Made by a program: the position numbers and the translations under genes
Shown here: positions 39,211 to 47,761 of the stretch, one piece after another
How positions within the stretch are numbered: the first letter of the stretch is position 1
Layout: every line of letters begins with the position of its first letter
Notes under the pieces: generated by a model
Told to the model about the DNA's origin: nothing
Seen by the model: the letters and a program-made list of their open reading frames with translations, nothing else
Databases searched by the model: none
From: Candidatus Altiarchaeota archaeon
GTDB lineage: Archaea; Altiarchaeota; Altiarchaeia; IMC4; QMZM01
Length of the DNA stretch: 58,575 nucleotides
Direction of reading: 5' to 3'
Assembly: GCA_030609775.1 (NCBI GenBank)
Contig: JAUWTD010000001.1
Coordinates: 1-58,575 of the forward strand

Positions 39211-40663
39211 AAAAAAAATGATAAATATGAAAAGACTCGTTCTTGTTCTTATATTTTTGTCTCTGATAATACCCGTATCGTCTTTTGACTACGTTGATGA
39301 AAAGAGGAATTTGCCTGCAGTAGAAAGTGAACTTATGAAGTATTTCTGCAAGGATGTAAGAAATAATAAAGAATGCAATATACCCTCTCAATGGGCTGAA
39401 GACTTCTGGGGGGTTTGCTGCGGAGGATTATGCAACAGCTTTACAAAGGATTGCAGGCATTCAGTCAACAGCGAAGTATCCCTCCTTGATGTCATGGTAA
39501 AACTACCCTGCAAAGATGCAGGCACAGGAGATAGATGTGACATACCAGACGAACTCAGCGAAAAATATAATTTATGGGGCATCTGCTGCTATAATAAATG
39601 CAATTACTGGGAGGAAGAATGCAGCGGAGGCTATGAACCAGATTATAGGAAAGACGAAATAGGCTATGATGAGAAAATACCCTCAGAAGAGGAAATCGAG
39701 AAGGGATTAAAGGTATTAGCCATATTCTCATGCGTAGGGGTAAAAGATGATGAACCATGCCAAATAGATGACAGGCACCTAACAGAAGAATTTAACCTGT
39801 TTGGAGTATGCTGCCTAGGCAAATGCCATTTCAGAAGCACAGAATGCACCCCCGAGACAAATGAAACAACACCGGATTTAGTCATAATCGGAATGGAAAT
39901 ATATCCCGGGGATTTAAGCAATACACTGCAGATAAAAGAAGTCAAAATAACAATCCAGAATCAAGGTAAAACAGCAACAACAAACAGATTCTGGATTGAA
40001 TTACTGAAAGACTATGAATCTGCACCCACCACAAAAGAGATAAAAAACACTCTTGACGCAGGTGAAGATATCATCATATCATTCTACGACCTGCAAGCAT
40101 ACAAAGAACCCGGAGAATACATACTAACAGCCACCATAGACTCAAATCCATCATCCTTAAAAGACAACCTAATCAAGGAAACAGATGAAACCAACAACAA
40201 AGCCACATTGAGGATATTTATCGGCGGAACAATCAAAACAGGAACCCAACCCAAAGAAAACACAGACACCCCACCATTGTGCGGCGATGGACACTGCGAA
40301 GAAGACGAAAAAAAAACGTGCCCTACCGACTGTGACACCCAAGAAGATGAATCCAAGGAATCACCCCTACCTGCATTAATAATCCTTGCCCTATTCTTTG
40401 CTGTTTTCACATACTTCCGAAGATTAAGGAAATCTTCTCACGACCGAAAACAACAAAAACAACAGATGAAAGAATTAATAGACGAGAAAAAAACCATAGA
40501 GGAAATGATAACACTTGCAAAGAAAAAATACCACAAAAGAAAAATAGACGAAGAAAGCTTCAAAGAAATCATTAAAGAAAACCAAAAAAGACTAATAGAA
40601 GTAGAGACAAAAATTGAGAACAAAAGAAATAATTCAATGAAAAAATCAACAACTCCACCCTGA
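39203..40663 (+). CDS. Single-pass membrane protein: 3 Cys-rich modules, a CARDB-like domain, TM helix and cytoplasmic coiled-coil tail
   Basis: 486 aa, overlapping the upstream gene by 8 nt. There are three copies of C-x6-7-C-x-I-(P/D)...(W/F)G(V/I)CC..(K)C......C. PDLVIIGMEIYPG...ITIQNQG...ETDETNNKATL is CARDB-like. TM helix LPALIILALFFAVFTYF is followed by a K/E-rich tail. The last ~7 codons and the stop lie inside the 108-nt element. Confidence 0.65.
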   Translation: MNKKKMINMKRLVLVLIFLSLIIPVSSFDYVDEKRNLPAVESELMKYFCKDVRNNKECNIPSQWAEDFWGVCCGGLCNSFTKDCRHSVNSEVSLLDVMVKLPCKDAGTGDRCDIPDELSEKYNLWGICCYNKCNYWEEECSGGYEPDYRKDEIGYDEKIPSEEEIEKGLKVLAIFSCVGVKDDEPCQIDDRHLTEEFNLFGVCCLGKCHFRSTECTPETNETTPDLVIIGMEIYPGDLSNTLQIKEVKITIQNQGKTATTNRFWIELLKDYESAPTTKEIKNTLDAGEDIIISFYDLQAYKEPGEYILTATIDSNPSSLKDNLIKETDETNNKATLRIFIGGTIKTGTQPKENTDTPPLCGDGHCEEDEKKTCPTDCDTQEDESKESPLPALIILALFFAVFTYFRRLRKSSHDRKQQKQQMKELIDEKKTIEEMITLAKKKYHKRKIDEESFKEIIKENQKRLIEVETKIENKRNNSMKKSTTPP

Positions 40664-40748
40664 AGGGTGGAGTATGAACTTACAAAGTCGGCAATTAGGC
40701 ATTCATCTGCGGCTTAAAAGCCGCAGTATTCTGCCGACTTTGTAATAA
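40641..40748. repeat. 108-nt double-hairpin element, copy 2
   Basis: Identical to 33583-33690. It lies exactly between the convergent genes 39203..40663 and 40751..41839, and the stop codon TGA of the former (40661-40663) is in the hairpin-1 loop. Confidence 0.9.
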
Positions 40749-40750
40749 CA

Positions 40751-41839
40751 CTACTGCAACCGAGCCCTGCACAAGTATGCAGATAATATGGACGCAATAA
40801 TCAGAGCACCCACTATTGAAGAATATATTGAAAAAGTAAGGATACCCGACTCATAACCGAAGACCGCTACAATAATCCCTATAGTCATGTTGGTGTTTAA
40901 TAAAGCAGCACTATATCTTGCATTCTGTGGAAAAACAAATCTGCCTGCGATGTATGTTCCCACATACCTTGAAACAAAACACACTATAAGAAAAACCAAC
41001 AACAAAGGCAGATTCCCGATAAGCGCCAATAGATTAATCTTTAAGCCAACAGAGAAAAAAAATATCGGAGCAAAGAAACCAAAAACCATACCTCGGAGCT
41101 TCATTTCCAGATTCTCGTGCTGAACAACAATTCCCGAGGTTATCATACCCATCAAAAACGCTATCATAGCAGACTCAAAACCCGCCCGCTCAGAGACAAC
41201 TGCAACCCCCAGAATCAGGAGGAGAATGATCTTGAATTCAAATTCTGCAACATTTCCCCTATAGTGCTTAAATATCTGCCCACCCAACAAAGGAAAAACC
41301 TTGGCGAACACAAAAAGCCCGATAACAAGTAAGATGATAAACTCAGGGTGAGGGGTGAAAAACACACCCAACATAGACATGGTCATAAGCTCGGTTATCA
41401 TGGCCGCTGAAAGAATTATCATCTTGTTTTCAGTCATAGCACCAGTCTGCTTCAATATAGGATAGATTATTGCAATCGATGTCGTCGACAATGCTATTGA
41501 TGTGATAAGGGTTTGATCAATGTCCATGCCCAAAACATAATGTGAAAGAACAAAAACCGAGACAAACGGAAAGACAAAAGCAAAAGACCCTATCAACAAA
41601 CTGGGTTTAAATCTCTTTTGAAGCTGATCCAGATCAATCTCTAATCCAGCTACATACATGAGGATAAGGATCCCGATATCAGCAAGAACCGTGATGATCA
41701 CACTATCATCCAAATGCAAGAAATGCTGCGCGAGCATACCTGCAAGAAGCTCAGCTATCGCTGTTGTGAAACCCAATTCAAGGGCGATAAACCCGCTGAG
41801 TACTATAAGCGTACTCATGATAATAATCTCTTCTCTCAT
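40751..41839 (-). CDS. Cation:proton antiporter (CPA1/CPA2-type Na+/H+ exchanger family)
   Basis: 362 aa with about 11 TM helices. AELLAGML....L, ADIGILILMYVAGLEIDL and F.APIFF...GL motifs are typical of the Na_H_Exchanger family. Confidence 0.7.
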   Translation of the reverse strand: MREEIIIMSTLIVLSGFIALELGFTTAIAELLAGMLAQHFLHLDDSVIITVLADIGILILMYVAGLEIDLDQLQKRFKPSLLIGSFAFVFPFVSVFVLSHYVLGMDIDQTLITSIALSTTSIAIIYPILKQTGAMTENKMIILSAAMITELMTMSMLGVFFTPHPEFIILLVIGLFVFAKVFPLLGGQIFKHYRGNVAEFEFKIILLLILGVAVVSERAGFESAMIAFLMGMITSGIVVQHENLEMKLRGMVFGFFAPIFFFSVGLKINLLALIGNLPLLLVFLIVCFVSRYVGTYIAGRFVFPQNARYSAALLNTNMTIGIIVAVFGYESGILTFSIYSSIVGALIIASILSAYLCRARLQ

Positions 41840-42765
41840 TTCAGTCTCTGGATAAATGCAGTTATCATAAATGGCAGAATAAGTGTGGCATCACCATAGA
41901 TGGTCACATATTCAGCCCCTTCATTCACCTTACTCCAGGATATGGCCTCCTTAACCGTCGCCCCGGAGAGGCTGCCATCAAACTCCTGCGCAGTTGTCAC
42001 ATAGACCGCATAATCCAAACCACCCCTGAACTGATTCCACCAGATGGTATGATGCTTCGAAATCCCGCCGCCAATAATCAACGCACCAGTTTTCTTTGAC
42101 TCAAAAACAATATCAGAGAGCTTCTGCTCATCCGAAAAAAGATCAATTTTCAGGTCCCGGTGATTCTGCCAGAAAAACCATAGCTGCGATCCAACCGCAC
42201 CATCCATGACCCCGGGAACAAATATGGGTATCTTATTCTTCCACGACCAATAGATAATTGAGCTCTCCTTATTCTCTTCATCTTCCAGATGCCTTCCAAT
42301 CTCCCATATAAACTCATGGAATGAAAACTCCTTCTTCTTTGAATACACTGCCTCAATAATCGGCTGAAGTTTCTCCTCGATTACGACACCATAACTCTCA
42401 TTAGGCACCAATACATTACCAAGTCGGTTGATGCCGCTCTTATGCAGTTCACAGTCATCTAACCCAAAGCTTCCATGATAATAACTCGCCCACACCCTTG
42501 CAAGATCATGATCCAGGGTCCCTGTGGTTGTCACCACAACATCAGTTAAACCCCTTCTCACAATCTCTTTTATAATCCCCCGGGTCCCTGTAGCAATCAA
42601 ACAAGCAGGAAAAGACAAAAAACGTGTGCACTCCACCTGACTCATCCGCTCAAGTATGTCAACGCCCACACCTAATTTCTTTGCAGTGAAGCCTCCAGAC
42701 AAATACATCTCACGAACGAGCTCATCAACAGTCTCCTTTACCTCAATATCCTTAACCTGCTCCAT
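41836..42765 (-). CDS. dys: Deoxyhypusine synthase
   Basis: 309 aa with GGFTAKKLG, TGTRGIIKE, VVTTTGTLDHDL, IGGGISKHH and EAISWSK motifs collinear with DHS. Confidence 0.85.
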   Translation of the reverse strand: MEQVKDIEVKETVDELVREMYLSGGFTAKKLGVGVDILERMSQVECTRFLSFPACLIATGTRGIIKEIVRRGLTDVVVTTTGTLDHDLARVWASYYHGSFGLDDCELHKSGINRLGNVLVPNESYGVVIEEKLQPIIEAVYSKKKEFSFHEFIWEIGRHLEDEENKESSIIYWSWKNKIPIFVPGVMDGAVGSQLWFFWQNHRDLKIDLFSDEQKLSDIVFESKKTGALIIGGGISKHHTIWWNQFRGGLDYAVYVTTAQEFDGSLSGATVKEAISWSKVNEGAEYVTIYGDATLILPFMITAFIQRLK

Positions 42766-42907
42766 TTATCCTACCCCACACATAGATTAAAAGAGTATCT
42801 AGAATACTATTCTAGGAGAAAACAATTATATATACCATACATTTTTTTAGACATATCCCCTTCTTCAGGATTTATATCAAGCATCTGAAATAGATAATAC
42901 TCAACAG

Positions 42908-43492
42908 ATGAATAGAATGAATTTTATGAAAAAATTCCGGGATCTTCCAATAGAAGAGAAAATAATTCTTTTCACCTTATTAACCTTCATACTTCTTAGT
43001 ATCGGCTTTTTGTTTGAATTAGATGCTATCAGAGAACTATTAAAAAAATATGGGATCAGTGGCTTATTCTTTGTGTCAGTTATAGGGTCTACAATTTTTC
43101 TGGTTTTCCCAATAGAGGGCGTATTCCCTTTCTTTTTGGCAGCAGATATCGAGCCGGCAATAATAGTAGGTATTGCAACAATCGGGTCCCTGATTGGAAC
43201 AAGCATCAATTACGGCCTAGGTTTTGTAGGCTCAGGGATCATAGAAAAAAAAATAGACCATGAAAAAATGGAGTCTGCCAGAAAAATGATGAACAAATAC
43301 GGATGGATAGGCCTCTTCTTGGTAATAGCCATACCCTCACCCATACCAATACCCATTGATCCGATAACAGTCCTACCCGGGATTATGAGAATGAATTATA
43401 TAGAGTTTATTATAACAGTAGCCGCTGCAAAAATTGCGAAGTTTACATTATATGTCGCAATATTTCTAGGGATCATCGGAAGCTTATTCTAG
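42908..43492 (+). CDS. DedA/YqaA-like (VTT domain) membrane protein
   Basis: 194 aa, multi-pass. The loop GSLIGTSINYGLG and the PIPIDPITVLPGIMRMNY re-entrant-like segment resemble the YqaA/DedA family. Confidence 0.5.
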   Translation: MNRMNFMKKFRDLPIEEKIILFTLLTFILLSIGFLFELDAIRELLKKYGISGLFFVSVIGSTIFLVFPIEGVFPFFLAADIEPAIIVGIATIGSLIGTSINYGLGFVGSGIIEKKIDHEKMESARKMMNKYGWIGLFLVIAIPSPIPIPIDPITVLPGIMRMNYIEFIITVAAAKIAKFTLYVAIFLGIIGSLF

Positions 43493-43523
43493 ATTATTTA
43501 CGCTTGCATCCAAATAGATTAAC

Positions 43524-44003
43524 ATGATCCCTAAAAAAATAACTGCAATCGCCGTAGGGTCAATACTCTACGCATCATTAAACTGGATAATAGTCTTAGG
43601 GCCAATCATAGCAGGGTTTGCTTCCGGATGGATCCTCAAAGATAAAAAAATAAAAAACGGATTCAATACAGGTGTTACATCAGCCCTGCTTGGTTTCTTA
43701 ATCATCATAGGGTTCATGGATGTAACCGGCATAGAAATCACCAGCTTCACAGATGCCTTAGTCTTCTGGATGTTCATAGCATGGAATCTTCTAGGTTTCA
43801 TTCTATGTGGAATCGGAGGAGCATTAGCTTCAATGTTTGTCGAACCCATAATATTATTTAAGGAACTTAGAAAACCCAAAAGAGAAGAAACCGGGGATGA
43901 AGAGATTACCGGAGAAACATATGTTATCTGCCCAGCCTGCGGATACAGCAACCTAGAACAAGATGAATACTGCAGATCCTGCAAAACAAACATTATGGAA
44001 TGA
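43524..44003 (+). CDS. Membrane protein with a C-terminal zinc ribbon
   Basis: 159 aa with 4 TM helices, then CPACGYSNLEQDEYCRSCKTNI (CxxC-x11-CxxC). Confidence 0.5.
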   Translation: MIPKKITAIAVGSILYASLNWIIVLGPIIAGFASGWILKDKKIKNGFNTGVTSALLGFLIIIGFMDVTGIEITSFTDALVFWMFIAWNLLGFILCGIGGALASMFVEPIILFKELRKPKREETGDEEITGETYVICPACGYSNLEQDEYCRSCKTNIME

Positions 44004-44613
44004 AATCGATGTAAAAGAAGAATGGGTAGGGCTCCCCGGAAAAAAACCTAACCCCTTAGCTAAGGCCTTAAAAGATAACCTCATACTGCTTGAAATCTGT
44101 ATACTATCCTTTGCGATAGGTGTTGTACCAGGATATATCATGTTCGATGAAAGCTCAGCAATGATGAATCCCATAATAGAGAACATCAAAAACGAGATCG
44201 GCTTAGATAGATCAGGCTTTAATCTTGCTGTTAAAATATTCTTCAACAACACAAGAGCAAGCCTCATAATGCTTGTGAGCGGAACTCTGCTCTTTGTCCC
44301 GCTCCTTATCCTGATGGTTAACGGATTTTTCATGGGTTTCGTCCTCAAGGCTTTCCTCAACAAAGGACACAGTATTCTTGCATTTATATTGGGCATCCTC
44401 CCCCACGGAATATTTGAGTTACCTGCAATATTCTTGTCCGCTGCATTAGGCATCAGGATAGGCTTATCCTACATACTCCCAAAAAACAACCGAATCATAG
44501 AAGTAAGCAATAGCATAAAAACAGCAGCAAGAGTCTATGCTATGCTAGTGCTCCCTCTTCTGCTTCTATCAGCGTTCATAGAAGCATATATCTCAATAAT
44601 GCTGATTTCATAA
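43963..44613 (+). CDS. SpoIIM-like (DUF95) membrane protein
   Basis: 216 aa. FFNNTRASL...VNGFFMGFVL...ILPHGIFELPAIFLSAALGIRIG matches the stage II sporulation protein M family signature. 41-nt overlap with the upstream gene. Confidence 0.65.
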   Translation: MNTADPAKQTLWNEIDVKEEWVGLPGKKPNPLAKALKDNLILLEICILSFAIGVVPGYIMFDESSAMMNPIIENIKNEIGLDRSGFNLAVKIFFNNTRASLIMLVSGTLLFVPLLILMVNGFFMGFVLKAFLNKGHSILAFILGILPHGIFELPAIFLSAALGIRIGLSYILPKNNRIIEVSNSIKTAARVYAMLVLPLLLLSAFIEAYISIMLIS

Positions 44614-44682
44614 ACCGCCCAAAAAAAAAATATTTTTTATTTGCCCGAACCAATAGAATAAATAAAAAAAAAAATCCTGAAA

Positions 44683-45096
44683 ATGGAAATAAACGGAGAT
44701 AAAACCCAAAGAAAGAAAAACAAAGGTAAAATGCTCCCCCCAAGAAAACTAAAAGACATAAAAACAGAGGTAGGTGAAGACACACATACCCTACTTAAGA
44801 ATATCAAAGTTCCAGAAGAACAAAACACAAAAATCAGTCAGAAGACACAGCAAACATCTTTAAGGGTAGGAAACCCTGCAAAAAAACAAGAACAAAAAAA
44901 GAAACACCAAAAAGAAGATATCCCTGAATCAAAGATAATAAACGTCAAAAATATTCCAGACACAAACCAGCTAACAGAAGTCAAAGATTTTAATGAACTC
45001 AAAAAGATAGAAAAAACATTCAAATTCATCAACTGCTATGAAGATAAAATACAGAAAATATATTTTGTAGGTAATTACTTCTACAGGATAAGATAG
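44683..45096 (+). CDS. Hypothetical Lys-rich protein
   Basis: 137-aa ORF, highly basic and low-complexity. No motif. Confidence 0.3.
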   Translation: MEINGDKTQRKKNKGKMLPPRKLKDIKTEVGEDTHTLLKNIKVPEEQNTKISQKTQQTSLRVGNPAKKQEQKKKHQKEDIPESKIINVKNIPDTNQLTEVKDFNELKKIEKTFKFINCYEDKIQKIYFVGNYFYRIR

Positions 45097-45102
45097 GCGA
45101 CT

Positions 45103-45552
45103 ATGAAAAACAATATGCTTACTATAGGGCTGATCTGCCTAATATTGTTAAACACCGGATGCATAGACAGAGAACAGTTAATAGACTATATGAGGGGCAG
45201 AGAACCTCTTCCTGAGTCAACAACGAAAACAACAACCACAATAGCCACAACAACATCATCTACAATAATCGAAGAAACAACCACAACATCAACCGCATCA
45301 ACAACTACATCAACCACAACAACACTCTTCAAGGATGCGATATGTGAAGGAAAATGGGGCCAAGTCGACAAAGACCGATGTTACCTGAATCTTGCAAACG
45401 AAAAGATGGATTCAACCATATGCGAACGAATAAAACAAAAAAGCCAGATAGATGACTGCTACTATGGAGTAGCCCTTATAACAGAAAACCGTACACTCTG
45501 CAACAAGATATTAGAAGACCGCCAAAGAGAACGCTGCTTTGAGTTCCTGTAA
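45103..45552 (+). CDS. Lipobox/poly-Thr protein with three C-x2-I...C-Y repeats
   Basis: 149 aa. Signal ending in LLNTGCID, a T-rich linker, then DRCYLNLA...ICERI......DDCYYGVA....LCNKI.....ERCF. Confidence 0.55.
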   Translation: MKNNMLTIGLICLILLNTGCIDREQLIDYMRGREPLPESTTKTTTTIATTTSSTIIEETTTTSTASTTTSTTTTLFKDAICEGKWGQVDKDRCYLNLANEKMDSTICERIKQKSQIDDCYYGVALITENRTLCNKILEDRQRERCFEFL

Positions 45553-45561
45553 AAAAAAAAA

Positions 45562-46059
45562 CTACCGAATCTTTGAAACAACAAGATAACATCGATCCTG
45601 CGTATCTTCACAAACTATTTTTTCACATAATAAAATATCGTCTCCAGATTGCGCAACACTTAGATAACAGCTGTCTCGATAAAAATCATCCTGGATTCGT
45701 TCACATATCTTGGAATTAAGCCCAGCTACCGCAACCAAAACATAGCATTCCTCCAGATTATCCGGTTCAACTAAATCACAGACGTTTAGGTCTTTCTTTG
45801 CTGCGGCAACACCAAAATAACACCAATCTCTCTGCCTGACATCATTTAAGCTACTGCAGGTTTTAGTATCCCCCATAGTGTTCCCAACACGAACATAACA
45901 CCACTTCGCCATAGACTCCAGTTGAATCTTATCACAGACTGACACATCCCCTTGCCTCACAGCGGCACTGAATCGATCATAATCCACATCACTTCCACGG
46001 TCTACGCAGCCACTAAATAAAAGCATGAAAACAACTACAAAGATATAATGTTTTCTCAT
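45562..46059 (-). CDS. Lipobox protein with five C-x2-(I/L/V)-x5-8-C-Y-x2-V-A repeats of about 26 aa
   Basis: 165 aa. Signal ending in LLFSGCVD. Repeats are VCDKIQ..WCYVRV, CSSLND..WCYFGVA, CDLVEP..ECYVLVA, CERIQD..SCYLSVA and CEKIV..RCYLVV. Convergent with its paralogue-like neighbour. Confidence 0.55.
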   Translation of the reverse strand: MRKHYIFVVVFMLLFSGCVDRGSDVDYDRFSAAVRQGDVSVCDKIQLESMAKWCYVRVGNTMGDTKTCSSLNDVRQRDWCYFGVAAAKKDLNVCDLVEPDNLEECYVLVAVAGLNSKICERIQDDFYRDSCYLSVAQSGDDILLCEKIVCEDTQDRCYLVVSKIR

Positions 46060-46094
46060 AGTAAGATATGGGATAGATTAATAAATAAAAAAAG

Positions 46095-46310
46095 CTATTT
46101 AACCTCTTCTCCCTGCTCAATAGAGTAATCCTTGCTCAGATCCTCTTTATCCTCTTTTTTAAAGATTTTATAGTAGAGGCCGACAATTGGTTCAAGCAAA
46201 AAATCAGAGACACCAACCAATAAACCAAAAACACTTAAAAAAGAACCAATCAAGAAAAAAAGAAGGGAAAAAAGAATAAGGAGAAATAGCCCTAACAAAA
46301 CCTCATCCAT
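46095..46310 (-). CDS. Small two-TM membrane protein
   Basis: 71-aa ORF, 6 nt downstream of the AIM24-like gene. Hydrophobic N-half and acidic tail. Confidence 0.35.
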   Translation of the reverse strand: MDEVLLGLFLLILFSLLFFLIGSFLSVFGLLVGVSDFLLEPIVGLYYKIFKKEDKEDLSKDYSIEQGEEVK

Positions 46311-46316
46311 TTTTAA

Positions 46317-47006
46317 CTATCTTTTAGCTGGAAGATAGGGTATCAGCCTCCCTGCAAGATTAGGTAAAGGCATTGACTGCAGCCACACGTTTCCAGGTCC
46401 GCGCAGGTCTGCGAGAAATAAACCTTCTCCGCCAAAAAACATGTTTTTTACTCCTTTAATGCGGGTGATATCAAAGTTCACTGAAGGCTCCAATAACGCA
46501 ATATGTCCCGGATCAACCTTCAATACCTGACCCTCTTTTAGAGTGTACTTTGTAATCTCACCTGCAAGCTCCATAAACACCACTCCTGGACCTGTGACCT
46601 TCTGCATTATAAATCCTTCCCCTCCAAACAATCCTGCGCCGAGTTTTTTCCTTAAATGTATTTCGAGTTTAACTGAGGATTCCGCGCACATGAAAGCATC
46701 TCTTTGAGCTATAATTGTTTGGCCTTCAGCTAACTTCATATCTATGATCTTGCCGGGGAACTCGTTTGCAAACGCAATCATGCCCGTGCCGCTATTACAT
46801 GTATACGTAGTCATAAACAAGGATTCTCCTGCAAGCATCCTGCCTAAACCCTTCACAATACCGCCTTTAGTATCGGTCGCCATACTAATATTAGAAGACA
46901 TCCAGGACATGCCGCCTGACTCAGTATAAACCGATTCTCCTTCCGAAAGCTCAACATCAACAACCTGCAACGTCGTACCTCTTATCTTATACTTCATTTT
47001 TAGCAC
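46317..47006 (-). CDS. AIM24/TIGR00266-family protein (DUF124)
   Basis: 229 aa with MKYKI.GT.LQVV.VEL..GESVY.ESGGM.WM, LFGGEGFIMQKV.GPG.VF and FFGGEGLFLA.L.GPG.VWLQS, typical of the family. Confidence 0.75.
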   Translation of the reverse strand: MLKMKYKIRGTTLQVVDVELSEGESVYTESGGMSWMSSNISMATDTKGGIVKGLGRMLAGESLFMTTYTCNSGTGMIAFANEFPGKIIDMKLAEGQTIIAQRDAFMCAESSVKLEIHLRKKLGAGLFGGEGFIMQKVTGPGVVFMELAGEITKYTLKEGQVLKVDPGHIALLEPSVNFDITRIKGVKNMFFGGEGLFLADLRGPGNVWLQSMPLPNLAGRLIPYLPAKR

Positions 47007-47137
47007 ACCAATTATCGTATTATCTAGAATAAAGACCTATCACCTATATAAATACAAATATATGTCTTCGGGCATATCAAGAATTATTTATAAGGTTGAA
47101 GGCCATAAGTAAATGAAATAGATTATAGTAAATTATA

Positions 47138-47722
47138 ATGAAAAAACTAATTGTTGTTGCCCTGCTTTTATTGGTTTGCGGATGCATAGGAGAAGAAAAA
47201 ATCGTATGCAATAAACCCTACATACAGGTCGGAAGGGATTGTTGCCTGGATACAAACGATAATAGGATATGTGATATACACGAGGCAACCACCCCAACCC
47301 CAACCACAACAACCACAACCACCACAACAACCACAACAACCACAACAACCACAACAACCACAACAACTACTTTAGGGATTCCTGAATCCTGCCTGGATGC
47401 ATTCAAGATAGTAAAGGAACACCCATACATTGATTCACTAGTTGAAGACAATAGATGTGATCCCTTCACATGGGATAGGGTTGGTCCGATGATCCGATTA
47501 AAGGATTGGACAATTGTTGAGTGCTCAGAGGGAGGAGTAGATAAGGATTTTTGTATGGACTCTCAAATAGGTGAAAAAGCAGGTGAAAGCGAAAAAGACG
47601 ATATAAGGAGGCTGTTTGGAAGAGAACTAGGAGACTTCTATGTCTTCACATACCAATGTGATATCATATCGCGTTTTACATTATTTTTGGATTCAGATAC
47701 TTTAGAGATGGCCAACCTTTAG
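47138..47722 (+). CDS. Lipobox/poly-Thr secreted protein, tandem paralogue 1
   Basis: 194 aa, beginning MKKLIVVALLLLVCGCIGEEKIVCNKPYIQVG, with a run of about 26 Thr/Pro residues. The C-domain is shared with 47762..48283. Confidence 0.6.
   Translation: MKKLIVVALLLLVCGCIGEEKIVCNKPYIQVGRDCCLDTNDNRICDIHEATTPTPTTTTTTTTTTTTTTTTTTTTTTTLGIPESCLDAFKIVKEHPYIDSLVEDNRCDPFTWDRVGPMIRLKDWTIVECSEGGVDKDFCMDSQIGEKAGESEKDDIRRLFGRELGDFYVFTYQCDIISRFTLFLDSDTLEMANL
47288..47371 (+). repeat. ACN-codon microsatellite (aca/acc units) encoding the poly-Thr tract
   Basis: acaaccaca-type units are reiterated over about 84 nt. The paralogue 47762..48283 has only 4 Thr at the same point. Confidence 0.85.
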
Positions 47723-47761
47723 ATGAGGGGGGGAAAATAATTCACCAAAAAAAAAAATAAG

